The translations under genes and the position numbers were made by a program. The notes under the pieces were generated by a model. It was not told the DNA's origin. It did no database searches and saw only the letters and a program-made list of their open reading frames with translations. A stretch of DNA of 64,000 nt. Source: a virus (lineage: Duplodnaviria; Caudoviricetes). The DNA lies in IMG/VR virus record IMGVR_UViG_3300042258_000071, positions 32,001-96,000 of that record; one strand, given 5' to 3'. Every line of letters starts with the position of its first letter. Within the stretch, counting starts at the first letter, position 1. Of the stretch, positions 10,053-20,095 are shown one piece after another.

Positions 10053-10064
10053 CTATAGGTATTT

Positions 10065-10709
10065 TCATTTAGAAAGGTGAGAGAGTTTCTCTTTAGAAAA
10101 TAATGATATCTCATGTTCTAAAATTTCCTTAATACTAACAGGTGTATTATACAGTGTGACTTTTGAATTTAAAAGAGACTTAGAAAACAAATGTTCGATG
10201 ATAAGATATGGATTTACATATCTGTTAGATAAGATAGATTTAACACATTTCTCAAAAGATAACCTACCTGATGATACAATGAGATATTCAAACTTCTGTG
10301 AAAAATCTTTAACATCACATGCATGTAAATCTTCTTGTGATTTAATACCGTCAAGCACAGATACAAGATCATTTAAAGAGTCTTCTGGAAGTATACTGTG
10401 GAGTTTATACTTGTCATATGCATCTTTTAGTACATTAAGATAAAATGACTTATCACATTCATTTTCAATAAATTGTGTTGCTATAAAAGAACATCTTTGA
10501 TTGAACTTATGTACATAATCAACATTAAAATCCGATAAGTAATGATAAGACATAAAACACGGAAAGAATATGTCAAATAAAAAATTAGAGAAGTCAAAAT
10601 ACCGATTACCATAATACTCTCTCAAACTACAATAATGTCTATACATATTTTCAGGAGAAGAATTTTCATCTGTGATAGATTTTATAAATTCAATTTTAAC
10701 TATATTCAT
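10065..10709 (-). CDS. Hypothetical protein
   Basis: 214-aa ORF in very AT-rich sequence. Confidence 0.65.
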   Translation of the reverse strand: MNIVKIEFIKSITDENSSPENMYRHYCSLREYYGNRYFDFSNFLFDIFFPCFMSYHYLSDFNVDYVHKFNQRCSFIATQFIENECDKSFYLNVLKDAYDKYKLHSILPEDSLNDLVSVLDGIKSQEDLHACDVKDFSQKFEYLIVSSGRLSFEKCVKSILSNRYVNPYLIIEHLFSKSLLNSKVTLYNTPVSIKEILEHEISLFSKEKLSHLSK

Positions 10710-10792
10710 ATCCGATTCCCTTCTACTACGTATTTGGTATATGGTAATTCCTATATTACATTTAGTATTTTAAATCTCTAGATATACAAAAT

Positions 10793-10828
10793 GATAGTTA
10801 GGAGAGGGGTTCCCCTCTCCTAACTATC
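10793..10828. terminator. Long palindromic stem-loop
   Basis: GATAGTTAGGAGAGGGG-TT-CCCCTCTCCTAACTATC. Confidence 0.7.
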
Positions 10829-10829
10829 T

Positions 10830-11220
10830 AATGCTTTACTATAAGATAACTCTTATATTTTATCTATTATTTCCAATTAAATTTTTTAAATCATACACTT
10901 TTAAAAGGTTTCATTAAAAATTTCTTATAGAGTACTGCGTTGATTTTTGATTTGAAATTAATTTGAATTTGTAATTTTATTATTTTGAATTTTGGTTTTG
11001 AAATTTGTATAGAGTTATATCTAGTATAATTATTATAACATAGTTATGTCTTCGAATATATTAAATAATTAAAGTAACCGTCGCTTGACGTTTTAGAGGT
11101 TTTGAAAAATAATGAAAAATCCCCTAATAATAATTTAAATTATACATTTGTATTATTATATTTAAACATTCACTCATTTAGAGGTGTTTTATCTTCAAAT
11201 TTCTAAAATATATATTTCAT
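10830..11220. other. Extremely AT-rich non-coding tract
   Basis: About 390 nt with no ORF and repeated (A)ATTTG/TTTTG units. Confidence 0.5.
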
Positions 11221-11274
11221 GAAAGTGAAGCTTAGTATAGAGACTGTAAGTTGAAATGAGAGAAAGTATTTAAA

Positions 11275-11841
11275 ATGAAAGACATTTCTAAAGGACATTA
11301 TTTTGGAATATGTGCAAGAGTTAATTGTCATCACGAATATGCTATCTGGAAGAATAAACATACTAACACGTATTATTGTTCTAGATGTGCAGAGCATCTT
11401 AATGAAGATATCACTACCAAGAAAGATGCTAGGAGACTATATACAACACCTAACATGTTTCATCTTGACATCCCACCTAGTGGATATGCTTTATATGTTG
11501 GAAAGCAGTATTCTACTTGTTTAGAATCTATATATACAAAAGTAACAACACTAGAAGAGATTTCTCATATCTTTAAATTACGGGGATGTCCGGATGTCAT
11601 TGACATTGACTGGGATTTTACATCTGTTGTAGACCTTCTAGATCTTATCATACAGACACATTCTAACGACACATCTTTTAGTATGAAGGAATTTCCACTA
11701 CTCATTTTCATCACCTGTAAAATCAATAATGTTCTCACGTGTAAATTATCGAATATAGCTGTTAATAATTATCATGAAACTGTAACACGAATTAGTGTCA
11801 CTGAGCTTAAGAGACGCTACCGGGAACTTATGGAGTATTGA
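11275..11841 (+). CDS. Cys-motif (Zn-finger-like) protein with a possible degenerate receiver-like C-terminal domain
   Basis: CARVNC...YYCSRCA at the N-terminus; RGCPDVIDIDWDF further along. Confidence 0.55.
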   Translation: MKDISKGHYFGICARVNCHHEYAIWKNKHTNTYYCSRCAEHLNEDITTKKDARRLYTTPNMFHLDIPPSGYALYVGKQYSTCLESIYTKVTTLEEISHIFKLRGCPDVIDIDWDFTSVVDLLDLIIQTHSNDTSFSMKEFPLLIFITCKINNVLTCKLSNIAVNNYHETVTRISVTELKRRYRELMEY

Positions 11842-11857
11842 CAGATGTTTTATGAAC

Positions 11858-11889
11858 ATATCTAAGGTGGGATTTCCCACCTTAGATAT
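11858..11889. terminator. Long palindromic stem-loop
   Basis: ATATCTAAGGTGGGA-TT-TCCCACCTTAGATAT. Confidence 0.7.
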
Positions 11890-11892
11890 AGA

Positions 11893-11910
11893 TATATATT
11901 ACTATTTTGA
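11893..11910 (+). promoter_or_regulatory. Putative early promoter TATATATTACTATTTTGA
   Basis: Contains the phiKZ early-promoter core TATATTAC; an identical copy is at 23365. Confidence 0.7.
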
Positions 11911-11939
11911 ATCTTCTTATAATCTGGAGACGTTCTCTT

Positions 11940-12461
11940 ATGGCCATTATTAAATATGAAGCTGGTAAAATATTAACGTGGGAGGATGACCGAAATATCC
12001 CAGGCACACGTTATTGTCTTAACTGTAAACAAATGCATGACCGTGAGATCCATGATGATCAGGTTGTTGTATATTCAACTCATGACCGTACATTAGATTT
12101 TGAGGCAAGGTATCTTGGAGATCCTATCTATGTTGTTGCAGGATTCTTAGGTCGTCATTATTCGGATGTAACACCCACCATTGTTAAATACCTCTCCACA
12201 GGGATTGAACTGACAACTATTGTAGATGTTCTTAAGCTTGTTAAAGATCCTATTACAGAAACATCTTGGGAGATCTTACTTATTACCCAATACGGCGTTC
12301 GTAGAATTATCTATACACCAGATAAAGGGCTTCGAATTGTCTCAAATCTACATGCTGTGACAGAAACATTGTATTCTGGAATGGGAATCTCTTCTCTAGA
12401 GGATGTGTCAACCCATCCCTACACAAAACACACAGTCTCACGATGTGTGTTGCAACCTTAG
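11940..12461 (+). CDS. Hypothetical early protein with CxxC
   Basis: Start moved to ATG 11940 (GGAG RBS); contains YCLNCKQMH. Confidence 0.7.
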   Translation: MAIIKYEAGKILTWEDDRNIPGTRYCLNCKQMHDREIHDDQVVVYSTHDRTLDFEARYLGDPIYVVAGFLGRHYSDVTPTIVKYLSTGIELTTIVDVLKLVKDPITETSWEILLITQYGVRRIIYTPDKGLRIVSNLHAVTETLYSGMGISSLEDVSTHPYTKHTVSRCVLQP

Positions 12462-12480
12462 AGGGTTACGAATTATGATT

Positions 12481-12699
12481 ATGAATGATAAGATACAGAG
12501 ATATAAATATCTTCATCGAAAGGTATACCCCTTCATTCGGGTACCTAAGATTACAATGGGATCTGACGATGGAGATGTGGTGTTTAACATAGAGTATCGT
12601 CCATATACTCTCCAAGAGATCGATGACCTTATCAAAGGTCTTGAAGGCGCGTTGCGCGTATCTTCTAAAAACAGACGGTCTAACAAGGTCATGTCGTAA
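12481..12699 (+). CDS. Small hypothetical protein
   Basis: MNDKIQRYKY...; GAGGG upstream; exact start uncertain. Confidence 0.55.
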   Translation: MNDKIQRYKYLHRKVYPFIRVPKITMGSDDGDVVFNIEYRPYTLQEIDDLIKGLEGALRVSSKNRRSNKVMS

Positions 12700-12845
12700 A
12701 GAGACAGATCTCTTCAACATGATTTTTCATGACTTAAATGTTCACTATGTGTGTACTTTTAATGTTCTGATATTTGTAGTTAAGGGGGTGTGCGTATACC
12801 TACCTTGACCCTGTACATTTGTCCCTATAACGAGGTGTGTGTAAC

Positions 12846-13667
12846 ATGAAAAATAGCTTATTTAAATTTCTAACTCAGAAATCAACTTCTAAGAGAAACG
12901 ATCTTGAATCTAAAGATCATAAATTTAACCTTAAGACGTACTTGGAAGATATTACAAGTGAAGAATCTCTTAATGATCTTAAGAAAGACGTTGTATTAGA
13001 AGCTTTAAAAACTCCTCCCGATGAGAGACTCTCTCTTGTGCGGGTCCATGTCCCGGTACAGGGAGTTTTCCCATACACCCTCCAACGTACGACTGATGGG
13101 TTTGGCCTTATCGATTCAGAAGCCCATGGAGGAGAGAGGTATCATGAGTGGTACGATAGACAATCCTCCCTTTTTGCCTCTCACATTCTTCAACACCCAA
13201 CATTATGTAAACGATGGCAACATACTTTTCCAGGGAGTGGCCTGGTGTATGAGGTATTCTATTCATACATAGCTCAAACTTTTAAAATAATGATCGCTTT
13301 CATAGGGAACCCGGTCGGCCCTTCTGAACATTATACCTATATCCTAAATCCCGGTAGTTTGATGTATGAATTTATTGGTGAGGTACCTTTATCTGTGTAT
13401 GGTGTACCTACAAAACGTGAACTCGCAATATACACAGATTGGTTATCTCGTAGAATGTTAAATACTGCATCTGCAGCTATGGTTCTTGTGAATCACGAGC
13501 TTCAAATGCAGCAAGAAGATCGTGATACAACAAATCGTGTAGGGGTACTTCAATGTACGGAAGTTCCTTTAAGTCCAGACGCTCATCCTTCAAGCGTTTA
13601 CGCTATCCATAAACAACTGTCAACATCTCTTCTGTCAGATTTTCTAAAACACCTATCGAACCCTTAA
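12846..13667 (+). CDS. Hypothetical protein
   Basis: About 273 aa; GAGG RBS before ATG 12846. Confidence 0.7.
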   Translation: MKNSLFKFLTQKSTSKRNDLESKDHKFNLKTYLEDITSEESLNDLKKDVVLEALKTPPDERLSLVRVHVPVQGVFPYTLQRTTDGFGLIDSEAHGGERYHEWYDRQSSLFASHILQHPTLCKRWQHTFPGSGLVYEVFYSYIAQTFKIMIAFIGNPVGPSEHYTYILNPGSLMYEFIGEVPLSVYGVPTKRELAIYTDWLSRRMLNTASAAMVLVNHELQMQQEDRDTTNRVGVLQCTEVPLSPDAHPSSVYAIHKQLSTSLLSDFLKHLSNP

Positions 13668-13683
13668 ACAGGGAACTATTCAC

Positions 13684-14207
13684 ATGGCACTTAACGTACT
13701 ATCCGACACAGAAGTTGAAGCAACTTCTCATCCGGTAAAGGATGTGATGAACAATCTTTTTAGTGGTGAGCTTCTTTCTTCTAAAGTTAAGCTCTTAGAA
13801 GAGAAAGTTAAATCAGATTCTACTATATTTTCACATACGACATTACGGATGTTGCACCAGTGTTGGGAACTCGATTCCTTACAACCGTAATCACCAATGC
13901 TCTTAAATTCTCTTTAGGAAAAGAATATTGGACTTCTCCTAGAAATCAAAATCATGGTGACAAAATACTTGTTTATATCCATGCGAAAAAACAATTTGCT
14001 AAAATACCCTGTCAAATGTTAACGTACACCATAAAAAATAAAGATGGAGCCACAGAAGATACATATATCGTATGTAAAGATATGGTTGATGCATTCAACT
14101 CTCTTCTCCTTGTCAGTATGCAAACCGATCAAACTGTTTCTTCATGGTCAATCAGTGAAGTTAAACATGCATCAGACCCTCAATGGTTAGACAATTCTTC
14201 AATTTAA
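13684..14207 (+). pseudogene. Hypothetical gene apparently split by a 1-nt frameshift near 13810
   Basis: ORF 13684..13890 overlaps a -1 frame that is open from 13812 to 14207 and lacks a good start or RBS of its own. Confidence 0.5.
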
Positions 14208-14216
14208 AAATATACA

Positions 14217-14252
14217 AGATAAGAGGGTGGGGTAATCCCCACCCTCTTATCT
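14217..14252. terminator. Long palindromic stem-loop between convergent genes
   Basis: AGATAAGAGGGTGGGG-TAAT-CCCCACCCTCTTATCT. Confidence 0.75.
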
Positions 14253-14260
14253 CTATGTGT

Positions 14261-15358
14261 TTATTTTTTGAGTTTAAGTTCTTTAGCAATCTGAGATCCG
14301 AGCTCTACGAAGAGAGAACCCTGGCTTAGAACAATGTAGGGCATGCGGATATTTGCAAGTGTTATATATGCGCGAAGGTTCAAAATATGATCGCGCCCGA
14401 CCCCATCTAAGAGGAACGTGATCCAACGATTCATGGAGAAAACACTATCCTTATCAGCCCCATTTGTAATCATTTGATCACGCTTGGCTGTGAGTTCCAT
14501 ATGTGTGTCGAGAAACCTGATGAAATCGTCTTCAAGTTTAGGAAGTCGTTGAAGTTCTTTAAGTATAGATTTATAGTTGTTAACATCGTGATATCCAAGC
14601 TCCGTCAAAGAACCTGAATACTCCATGATCCAGAAGCGGGGGCCAAGTTTATATTGACCCTTAGCAGGGTCTAGTATGAGATATTGTTCAAGTGGTTTCG
14701 TAATATCTTTAACTTTCTTAAAGTTCTCTTCAAGGTCCCCCCGATTTGTAGGAGGGGCTATTTCAAGAATCTGTTTAGGGATACCACTGCCATTTGCAAA
14801 ATCGTTAAGGGACTTAACGATATCTTTCATGCTACCAACACTGTGGAGGCTAAATCCTTTGGCATATTCCGTATTGAATACAGAATTAGAGGTCTTTCGC
14901 TTAAAGACCTCTATGACATTCTCAATATCACTATCTACAGCACGAACATAATTACCCATCTCCATCTGTTCGTTATCAGAGAGACTTCCTTTATTGCGAT
15001 CTTTAAACCAATTAGAAATATTTTTTATAATACCTGCTAAAAACTCTTGTGCAACTTGCGGATTATAGGTAACATCAGAAGATGTGAGGCCTTCAACTGA
15101 TGCAGATACAAAAGAGGCAAGAGCTCTTTCTCCACCGAACTGTTCAACCGCTGCTTTTAACGCGACAGATTCACAATACGTTTGAACCTGACGTTCATGT
15201 TCTCGTAACGTTTCAAGAGCACGTTCAAACATGAGAAATTTAGAGGTAAGATCAGATAATGTGGTCGTCCCTGTAAGAGCCGTGTTAAGACGTGCATGCG
15301 TAGAGGTGTCTTCTAAAATATTTTCAGGTGAAAGCTGCGTTTGAAGAGCGTCGAACAT
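14261..15358 (-). CDS. Internal head (ejection)-type virion protein
   Basis: 365 aa; propeptide-like N-terminus with A/S-x-E sites (ALE, SVE, AQE) followed by FLAGIIKNISNWFK, typical of phiKZ-like head proteins. Confidence 0.55.
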   Translation of the reverse strand: MFDALQTQLSPENILEDTSTHARLNTALTGTTTLSDLTSKFLMFERALETLREHERQVQTYCESVALKAAVEQFGGERALASFVSASVEGLTSSDVTYNPQVAQEFLAGIIKNISNWFKDRNKGSLSDNEQMEMGNYVRAVDSDIENVIEVFKRKTSNSVFNTEYAKGFSLHSVGSMKDIVKSLNDFANGSGIPKQILEIAPPTNRGDLEENFKKVKDITKPLEQYLILDPAKGQYKLGPRFWIMEYSGSLTELGYHDVNNYKSILKELQRLPKLEDDFIRFLDTHMELTAKRDQMITNGADKDSVFSMNRWITFLLDGVGRDHILNLRAYITLANIRMPYIVLSQGSLFVELGSQIAKELKLKK

Positions 15359-15387
15359 GTGGCGTATCCTTTTACATGTAATTGGTT

Positions 15388-16158
15388 CTACCGTAAAGAG
15401 TGTATAAACTCTTCAAAGCTTCGAATACTTGAAGATTTTAAAGCATCATATGATTTGTTTACAAGAGACATGATTGTCCCAGTAAGGGTTTTCATATTTG
15501 CTTTTAAGAATCCCTGTGTGGTATTATGCACATACGTTTCATGATAGACAACATGATCGTAAATGCACTGTAAAATACTCCCAATCGTTTGTTCATCCTT
15601 TATGGAGACGGGGACGAATTCAGAGATAGTCGCTACTCGAATAAATAATTCATCACATAATGTTCTAAAGTCTTCTATCTCAGAAGTCTCAAAAGGGAGA
15701 TATCCTGTGTGTTCAAGGGATTCTGAGAGAGGGTAGAGTGTAAATTTAGGGAGAGAATGCCCTGTGTAGATGTAAAACGATCCCTTCCTCTTAAGTCCAC
15801 TCATGTTATTTTGACTTAAATATTTAGAAGCATTATTAAGATATATAAGGATATGATCATCTGATAAATGACTTGGAAATCTCTTTAAGATTTGAAGAAC
15901 AAGAAATAACGACCCACCCTCCTTGTGAAGGAGTGATGTGTAAACATCTATGGGGAGCGTTTCAATTTCAAGTTCTTCCGTCTCCCCTCGTGAGGTATAT
16001 GGGGTATTTCGGATCGTGTGATGTAAATCTTTAAGATAACAAGAGGGTTCTATCATCAGGCTATCTTCAATGGATCTGCTATTTTGTAAGTCCCCAAGAT
16101 TCTGTAGGAGCTTTTTGAACAATGAGTCTTCTATATGCGCGGTGGTCATGGTGGACAT
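15388..16158 (-). CDS. Hypothetical protein
   Basis: 256 aa; GGAG RBS. Confidence 0.7.
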   Translation of the reverse strand: MSTMTTAHIEDSLFKKLLQNLGDLQNSRSIEDSLMIEPSCYLKDLHHTIRNTPYTSRGETEELEIETLPIDVYTSLLHKEGGSLFLVLQILKRFPSHLSDDHILIYLNNASKYLSQNNMSGLKRKGSFYIYTGHSLPKFTLYPLSESLEHTGYLPFETSEIEDFRTLCDELFIRVATISEFVPVSIKDEQTIGSILQCIYDHVVYHETYVHNTTQGFLKANMKTLTGTIMSLVNKSYDALKSSSIRSFEEFIHSLR

Positions 16159-16325
16159 TTATAACTCCAGGTGGTGGATGGTGGAAATATCGGACATACC
16201 TCCTACCACTTGCTCACAGCGTGTACCCCAATTTATCCCCTTAATATATGGGAATTTAAAGTCCATATCATGAAAACGCTAATCTGCTGAAGATTTAGAG
16301 TAATAATGCTCATAGTTCTATCATC

Positions 16326-16343
16326 TATATATTCCTATTAGGA
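16326..16343 (+). promoter_or_regulatory. Putative early promoter variant TATATATTCCTATTAGGA
   Basis: Motif variant about 30 nt before the Nudix gene. Confidence 0.5.
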
Positions 16344-16374
16344 TTAATAATAATGACCTTTATGGAGGTTTAAC

Positions 16375-16935
16375 ATGGCTAAATATCTTCAACGTGTAAG
16401 GATCATTCCTATCTGTAAGGAACACCCAAGTAATTTCTATATCGGGTATGGAAAAATGATTCCTTCCGAGAGTGTGTGTTACTGGCAACTCGCAGGTGGG
16501 AAAGTCGAATCTGGTGAGACCATCATTGATGCAGCTTATCGGGAGCTAAAGGAAGAATTCGGCATTTCACCAAACCCAGAATCTGATCCTTATCCTTGGA
16601 CGGCGATTCTTACAGGGACCTCCTTTAAGACTGAATATAATTTAAAGTGTGACCCCTCAAAATTATCAAAAGAACAGCTTCGCCGACGTAAGGAATATTG
16701 TGGTGTTGAAACTCACGTCGTAAGTCTTTTCATAGATCGCAATGCATTCATAGCAGCGACTCGTGAGGTAACTGAGGTTGCAACTGTGAATATTCAAGTG
16801 TTCGAGTTGCTTACAATTAAAAATCCAGAAGCAATGCAATCTGAACATCGAGAAGCATTCACTAGTATGTATCGTGAAGTACTTCGTGTAATGGGTGCCG
16901 ATGGTCAACCTTCTTTTATATCTCTGGAGACGTGA
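16375..16935 (+). CDS. Nudix hydrolase
   Basis: Nudix box GGKVESGETIIDAAYRELKEEFG; GGAGG RBS. Confidence 0.9.
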   Translation: MAKYLQRVRIIPICKEHPSNFYIGYGKMIPSESVCYWQLAGGKVESGETIIDAAYRELKEEFGISPNPESDPYPWTAILTGTSFKTEYNLKCDPSKLSKEQLRRRKEYCGVETHVVSLFIDRNAFIAATREVTEVATVNIQVFELLTIKNPEAMQSEHREAFTSMYREVLRVMGADGQPSFISLET

Positions 16936-17874
16936 ATGTTAGATAGTTCTTATCATGAAGAGGCTAAAAAAGATTTTCTTAATGGAGGATCTTGTCTTAA
17001 ATTCTATCGGAAATATTTAGGATTGTCACAACATGCATTTATGGACAGTGTCGATGACCCAATCTCACAACCGGCATATTCTACAATGGAACTGTACTCT
17101 ACTTTAAACTACTTTGAATGTCAGACATACTCCTCATCCTACACCTTAGGTAGTATAAATAGATGGGCAAGATCACATGGTCTGTCCCTCTCAGATATCA
17201 TTCCAATGTTTGATGAAATCATGGAGACCCGAAGAAAGTATGGGGAACATCCACTTCGGCAAATTCGAACTCTAAAGGGGTTAGATCAACCTCAGCTCTC
17301 TGAAACTTCAGGAGTACATCGGTGTGTTATATCTGGCATTGAGATGCACATGACGGGAGGTTTGGGTTTAGACAACAATTCCTTAGAGATACTTTCTGAT
17401 GCAATGAGTGTTCCATTTGAAAGTGTCCGATTTGATGCTAAGAAATATGGTGTAAAGACACATTTTGAGGAGCATATGTCCATCCAGGGTCACACATCTG
17501 GGTCCTTAGGTGTAGAGTTAGATATTGATTACCACATTGTAGTGTCTATCGTTCGATGTAAATCGATTTACCACCTGTTCAATCAACTACCCGTTATAAA
17601 AAGAATGGCAGAATACTTGATGCTTTCAGTAGAGGATTTGGTCCCTGATATAGCCTCGTTTCACAATGTTCTTCTCAAGAGAGGTTACTCTCCAATTTAT
17701 GTGAATCAAATATTGCAAGGGAAGAGTATCTGCGATATCTTGAAAGAAACTGGCCTTTCAAAATCACACCTCTCAAAGGTCATTAATCGGGGTGCATTTT
17801 GCAGTTCTGATGTTGCATTTAAGATTGCAAAATGCCTTAATATAAAGCCTTCTCTTATTCTAAATCATGGATAA
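16936..17874 (+). CDS. Multi-HTH (Xre/Cro-like) DNA-binding protein
   Basis: LKFYRKYLGLSQ, LRQIRTLKGLDQPQLSETSGVHRCVISGIE and ETGLSKSHLSKVIN...IAKCLNI are HTH-like units. Confidence 0.75.
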   Translation: MLDSSYHEEAKKDFLNGGSCLKFYRKYLGLSQHAFMDSVDDPISQPAYSTMELYSTLNYFECQTYSSSYTLGSINRWARSHGLSLSDIIPMFDEIMETRRKYGEHPLRQIRTLKGLDQPQLSETSGVHRCVISGIEMHMTGGLGLDNNSLEILSDAMSVPFESVRFDAKKYGVKTHFEEHMSIQGHTSGSLGVELDIDYHIVVSIVRCKSIYHLFNQLPVIKRMAEYLMLSVEDLVPDIASFHNVLLKRGYSPIYVNQILQGKSICDILKETGLSKSHLSKVINRGAFCSSDVAFKIAKCLNIKPSLILNHG

Positions 17875-17888
17875 CTTGGAGATCTCTT

Positions 17889-18227
17889 ATGACGCCTCAT
17901 TTAGACAAAGGATCGTTTACACATCTTGGATGTGAATATGATCTAAATATTCTACTTGAAAATGTCGCTGGTCGTCAGACCGTAGAAGTTCCTGTATCTG
18001 AGCTCATATGGATCTTTAAGTATGATACGAATGTTGATTCTGTGAAGACGAATGTGGATCGATCAAAACCGATACTCATCCATGAGGATCCTACCAGTGG
18101 TAAACTGGTTACGATCGATGGACTACATCGATTAACATTGGCTGCTCAGCTTGGTGACTATGTCATTCAAAGCATCTTTGTTTCGGACGATGATTTAAAA
18201 GATGCTGCATATAAAAATAGCGTGTGA
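17889..18227 (+). CDS. Stand-alone ParB/sulfiredoxin N-terminal-like domain protein
   Basis: PILIH...LVTIDGLHRL motif in a 112-aa protein. Confidence 0.75.
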   Translation: MTPHLDKGSFTHLGCEYDLNILLENVAGRQTVEVPVSELIWIFKYDTNVDSVKTNVDRSKPILIHEDPTSGKLVTIDGLHRLTLAAQLGDYVIQSIFVSDDDLKDAAYKNSV

Positions 18228-18235
18228 TATAAATA

Positions 18236-18265
18236 GAAGGTGGGTCCCATGTGGGACCCACCTTC
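18236..18265. terminator. Stem-loop terminator between convergent genes
   Basis: GAAGGTGGGTCCCA-TG-TGGGACCCACCTTC followed by a T-rich tail. Confidence 0.75.
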
Positions 18266-18294
18266 CTCTTCTATTTTTTTTTGTTAGAATAGGT

Positions 18295-19740
18295 TTAAGT
18301 ATCAAAATACATGGAGACGACTTCATCCTCAAGAGTGTGCATAACGCGTTCACCAACTCCCATCACAAATGGAGAGTAGATGATACGGTCATTCACAGCA
18401 GTCGCTCCAAAGAACATATCAATATCATCCCCACTCTCTGTCTTGGCCTGACTTGGCATGATAGCCCCGATAACAGTCTTAGCTTGTGCACCAATAACAA
18501 GTTTATCCCCAGGGCCACATTGAAGATCTTCATCGATCATGATCGTGATCATGACTGTATCTTCTTCAAAGTCTACACCCTGATACTTAGTCCCTACAGG
18601 GATACGGTGTGGGGGAAGGTATTGACGTTCTTTAGACGTTCCACGTACCTCTTTACTTTTCTTTAAGAGTTGAGATGATGTTTTCTTAACAAGCTCTTGA
18701 ATAGAAGGGTGTAAGTCTTCAAAGGGACATGCATGATAGACACGGATAGCTGCGATCGTTCCATGATACTTAGCAGTTGGCATGGAGCGGTTAAGGGATG
18801 CTAGGAATTCCATGGTCTCGGGATCATCGATACTGTCCATAGAATTCAAATCTCCCTCCTCCATGATCATCAAATAATCTGTTGTTTCAACAACATCCCC
18901 AACCTTCACGATGTTAGTAAGCAGGGTATTATTTGTAATTGAAATAGTACGAAGATGTGCAGGTGACATGTGAAGACGTTTAGAAAAGTTAGAAGATATT
19001 TCACAAGAATCTTCAATTGTTTCAGATTTCTCAATAAGAGCAATTTTTGCTGTAAGACCATGTTTCCAGTTCACCTGTTTAGAATCAGGATCTTTCTCAA
19101 AGAACCCACTGTTGTAAACGAGGATATCACCCTTCTTAAACTTCTCACCCTCTTTAACATTGAGGACATTGGTCTGTTTAAGATAGGTTCCAGAAACACT
19201 TGTAAAGGATTCCCCAAAGGAGAAGATTTCAAATTGTTCAGATTCTTTATGTTTCTTAGGTGACAGTCTAATGTAAACAACAGGGCCTTCTTTGAGTTCT
19301 CGAAACTCTTTCTGTGTTAACATTGATGTGTCAGGGACATCTTCAAGTGATTTAAAGGGAAGTTTCTCAACAACTTCAAAAGGTGAAGTGTCATTTACAT
19401 TGACAACATTTCCCTGTTTAATCTTAGAAGCATCTTTGTCAGAACGAATCATGTAGATGAAGGTGTTGTTATCATAAGCTTTTTTTATATCGTCTTTCTT
19501 GATATTTAAAGATACTTCTTTAGAAGTTTTAATTTGTTCAAGATCATATTCTAATTTAAGAAGACCTAGCTTCTCATTAATACCAATAACTTTCCCATTA
19601 CGCTTAGCAGCGCATGCAAAATTCTCAGATGGGTAATGTGCAATAACTTGCTCCATACCCGTTCTGATTCGAAGAGTTTCACCTTCTTGAGATGGTACAT
19701 GATGAGAGAGCTGGATAGAACAAAATGACAGGCGTTTCCC
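18295..19740 (-). CDS. rpoB: Virion RNA polymerase beta-like subunit (phiKZ gp178-like), exon 2
   Basis: Begins GKRLSFCSIQLSHHVP (cf. beta DDANRALMG..MQRQAVP). Contains VKEGEKFKKGDIL, EDSCEISS, GDKLV...KTVI and DIDMFF. Confidence 0.88.
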   Translation of the reverse strand, partial: GKRLSFCSIQLSHHVPSQEGETLRIRTGMEQVIAHYPSENFACAAKRNGKVIGINEKLGLLKLEYDLEQIKTSKEVSLNIKKDDIKKAYDNNTFIYMIRSDKDASKIKQGNVVNVNDTSPFEVVEKLPFKSLEDVPDTSMLTQKEFRELKEGPVVYIRLSPKKHKESEQFEIFSFGESFTSVSGTYLKQTNVLNVKEGEKFKKGDILVYNSGFFEKDPDSKQVNWKHGLTAKIALIEKSETIEDSCEISSNFSKRLHMSPAHLRTISITNNTLLTNIVKVGDVVETTDYLMIMEEGDLNSMDSIDDPETMEFLASLNRSMPTAKYHGTIAAIRVYHACPFEDLHPSIQELVKKTSSQLLKKSKEVRGTSKERQYLPPHRIPVGTKYQGVDFEEDTVMITIMIDEDLQCGPGDKLVIGAQAKTVIGAIMPSQAKTESGDDIDMFFGATAVNDRIIYSPFVMGVGERVMHTLEDEVVSMYFDT

Positions 19741-20095
19741 CGTACTATTCCATAAAGGTTCGGTATCTCCTTCATGCGCAGCATAACCTGCAGCTATGGC
19801 TTTCACCATAGACTAGATCATATCTTTACCTTGAGTCATATGACTGTTAGGTAACTCCCATTTCGAGACCCCTTGGTCCTACAGGCTGACAAAGCCTTGA
19901 TCGTTGAACGTTCATCTTAAGGATGTCTCACGACAGTCTTAAGACACTTCGCTGCTGGTTGCCCAATCTTCACATTTTTCAAACTATCACGCTTGTCGTT
20001 ACCAACTACGTTGTAGTATGTAAAGCTCTAAGGGGGTTCTAGCAATTAGAGAGCATTCACTTAAAACTTTTCAGTTAAAAGCGGACAAATAGTTT
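19741..20095 (-). ncRNA. Group I intron (IA-like, 355 nt, no ORF) in the RNAP beta-like gene
   Basis: 5' exon ends in U (GAC GAU) and the intron ends in G. P AAUUGCUAGAA, Q AACCAGCAGC, R GUUCAACGAUCA, S AAGAUAUGAUCU; GAAA-capped P2 and P9; P7.1/P7.2 hairpins. Splicing gives in-frame TQDD-GKRLSF. Confidence 0.9.

Noticed and set aside
18202-18666. 154-aa plus-strand ORF
   Set aside because: It is antisense to RNAP exon 2 and crosses a terminator.
19741-19809. N-terminal 23 aa (MVKAIAAG...) of ORF 18295..19809 as a true start of a split subunit
   Set aside because: It lies in the intron P9 region with no SD. The equivalent frame in the sister intron hits a stop codon.
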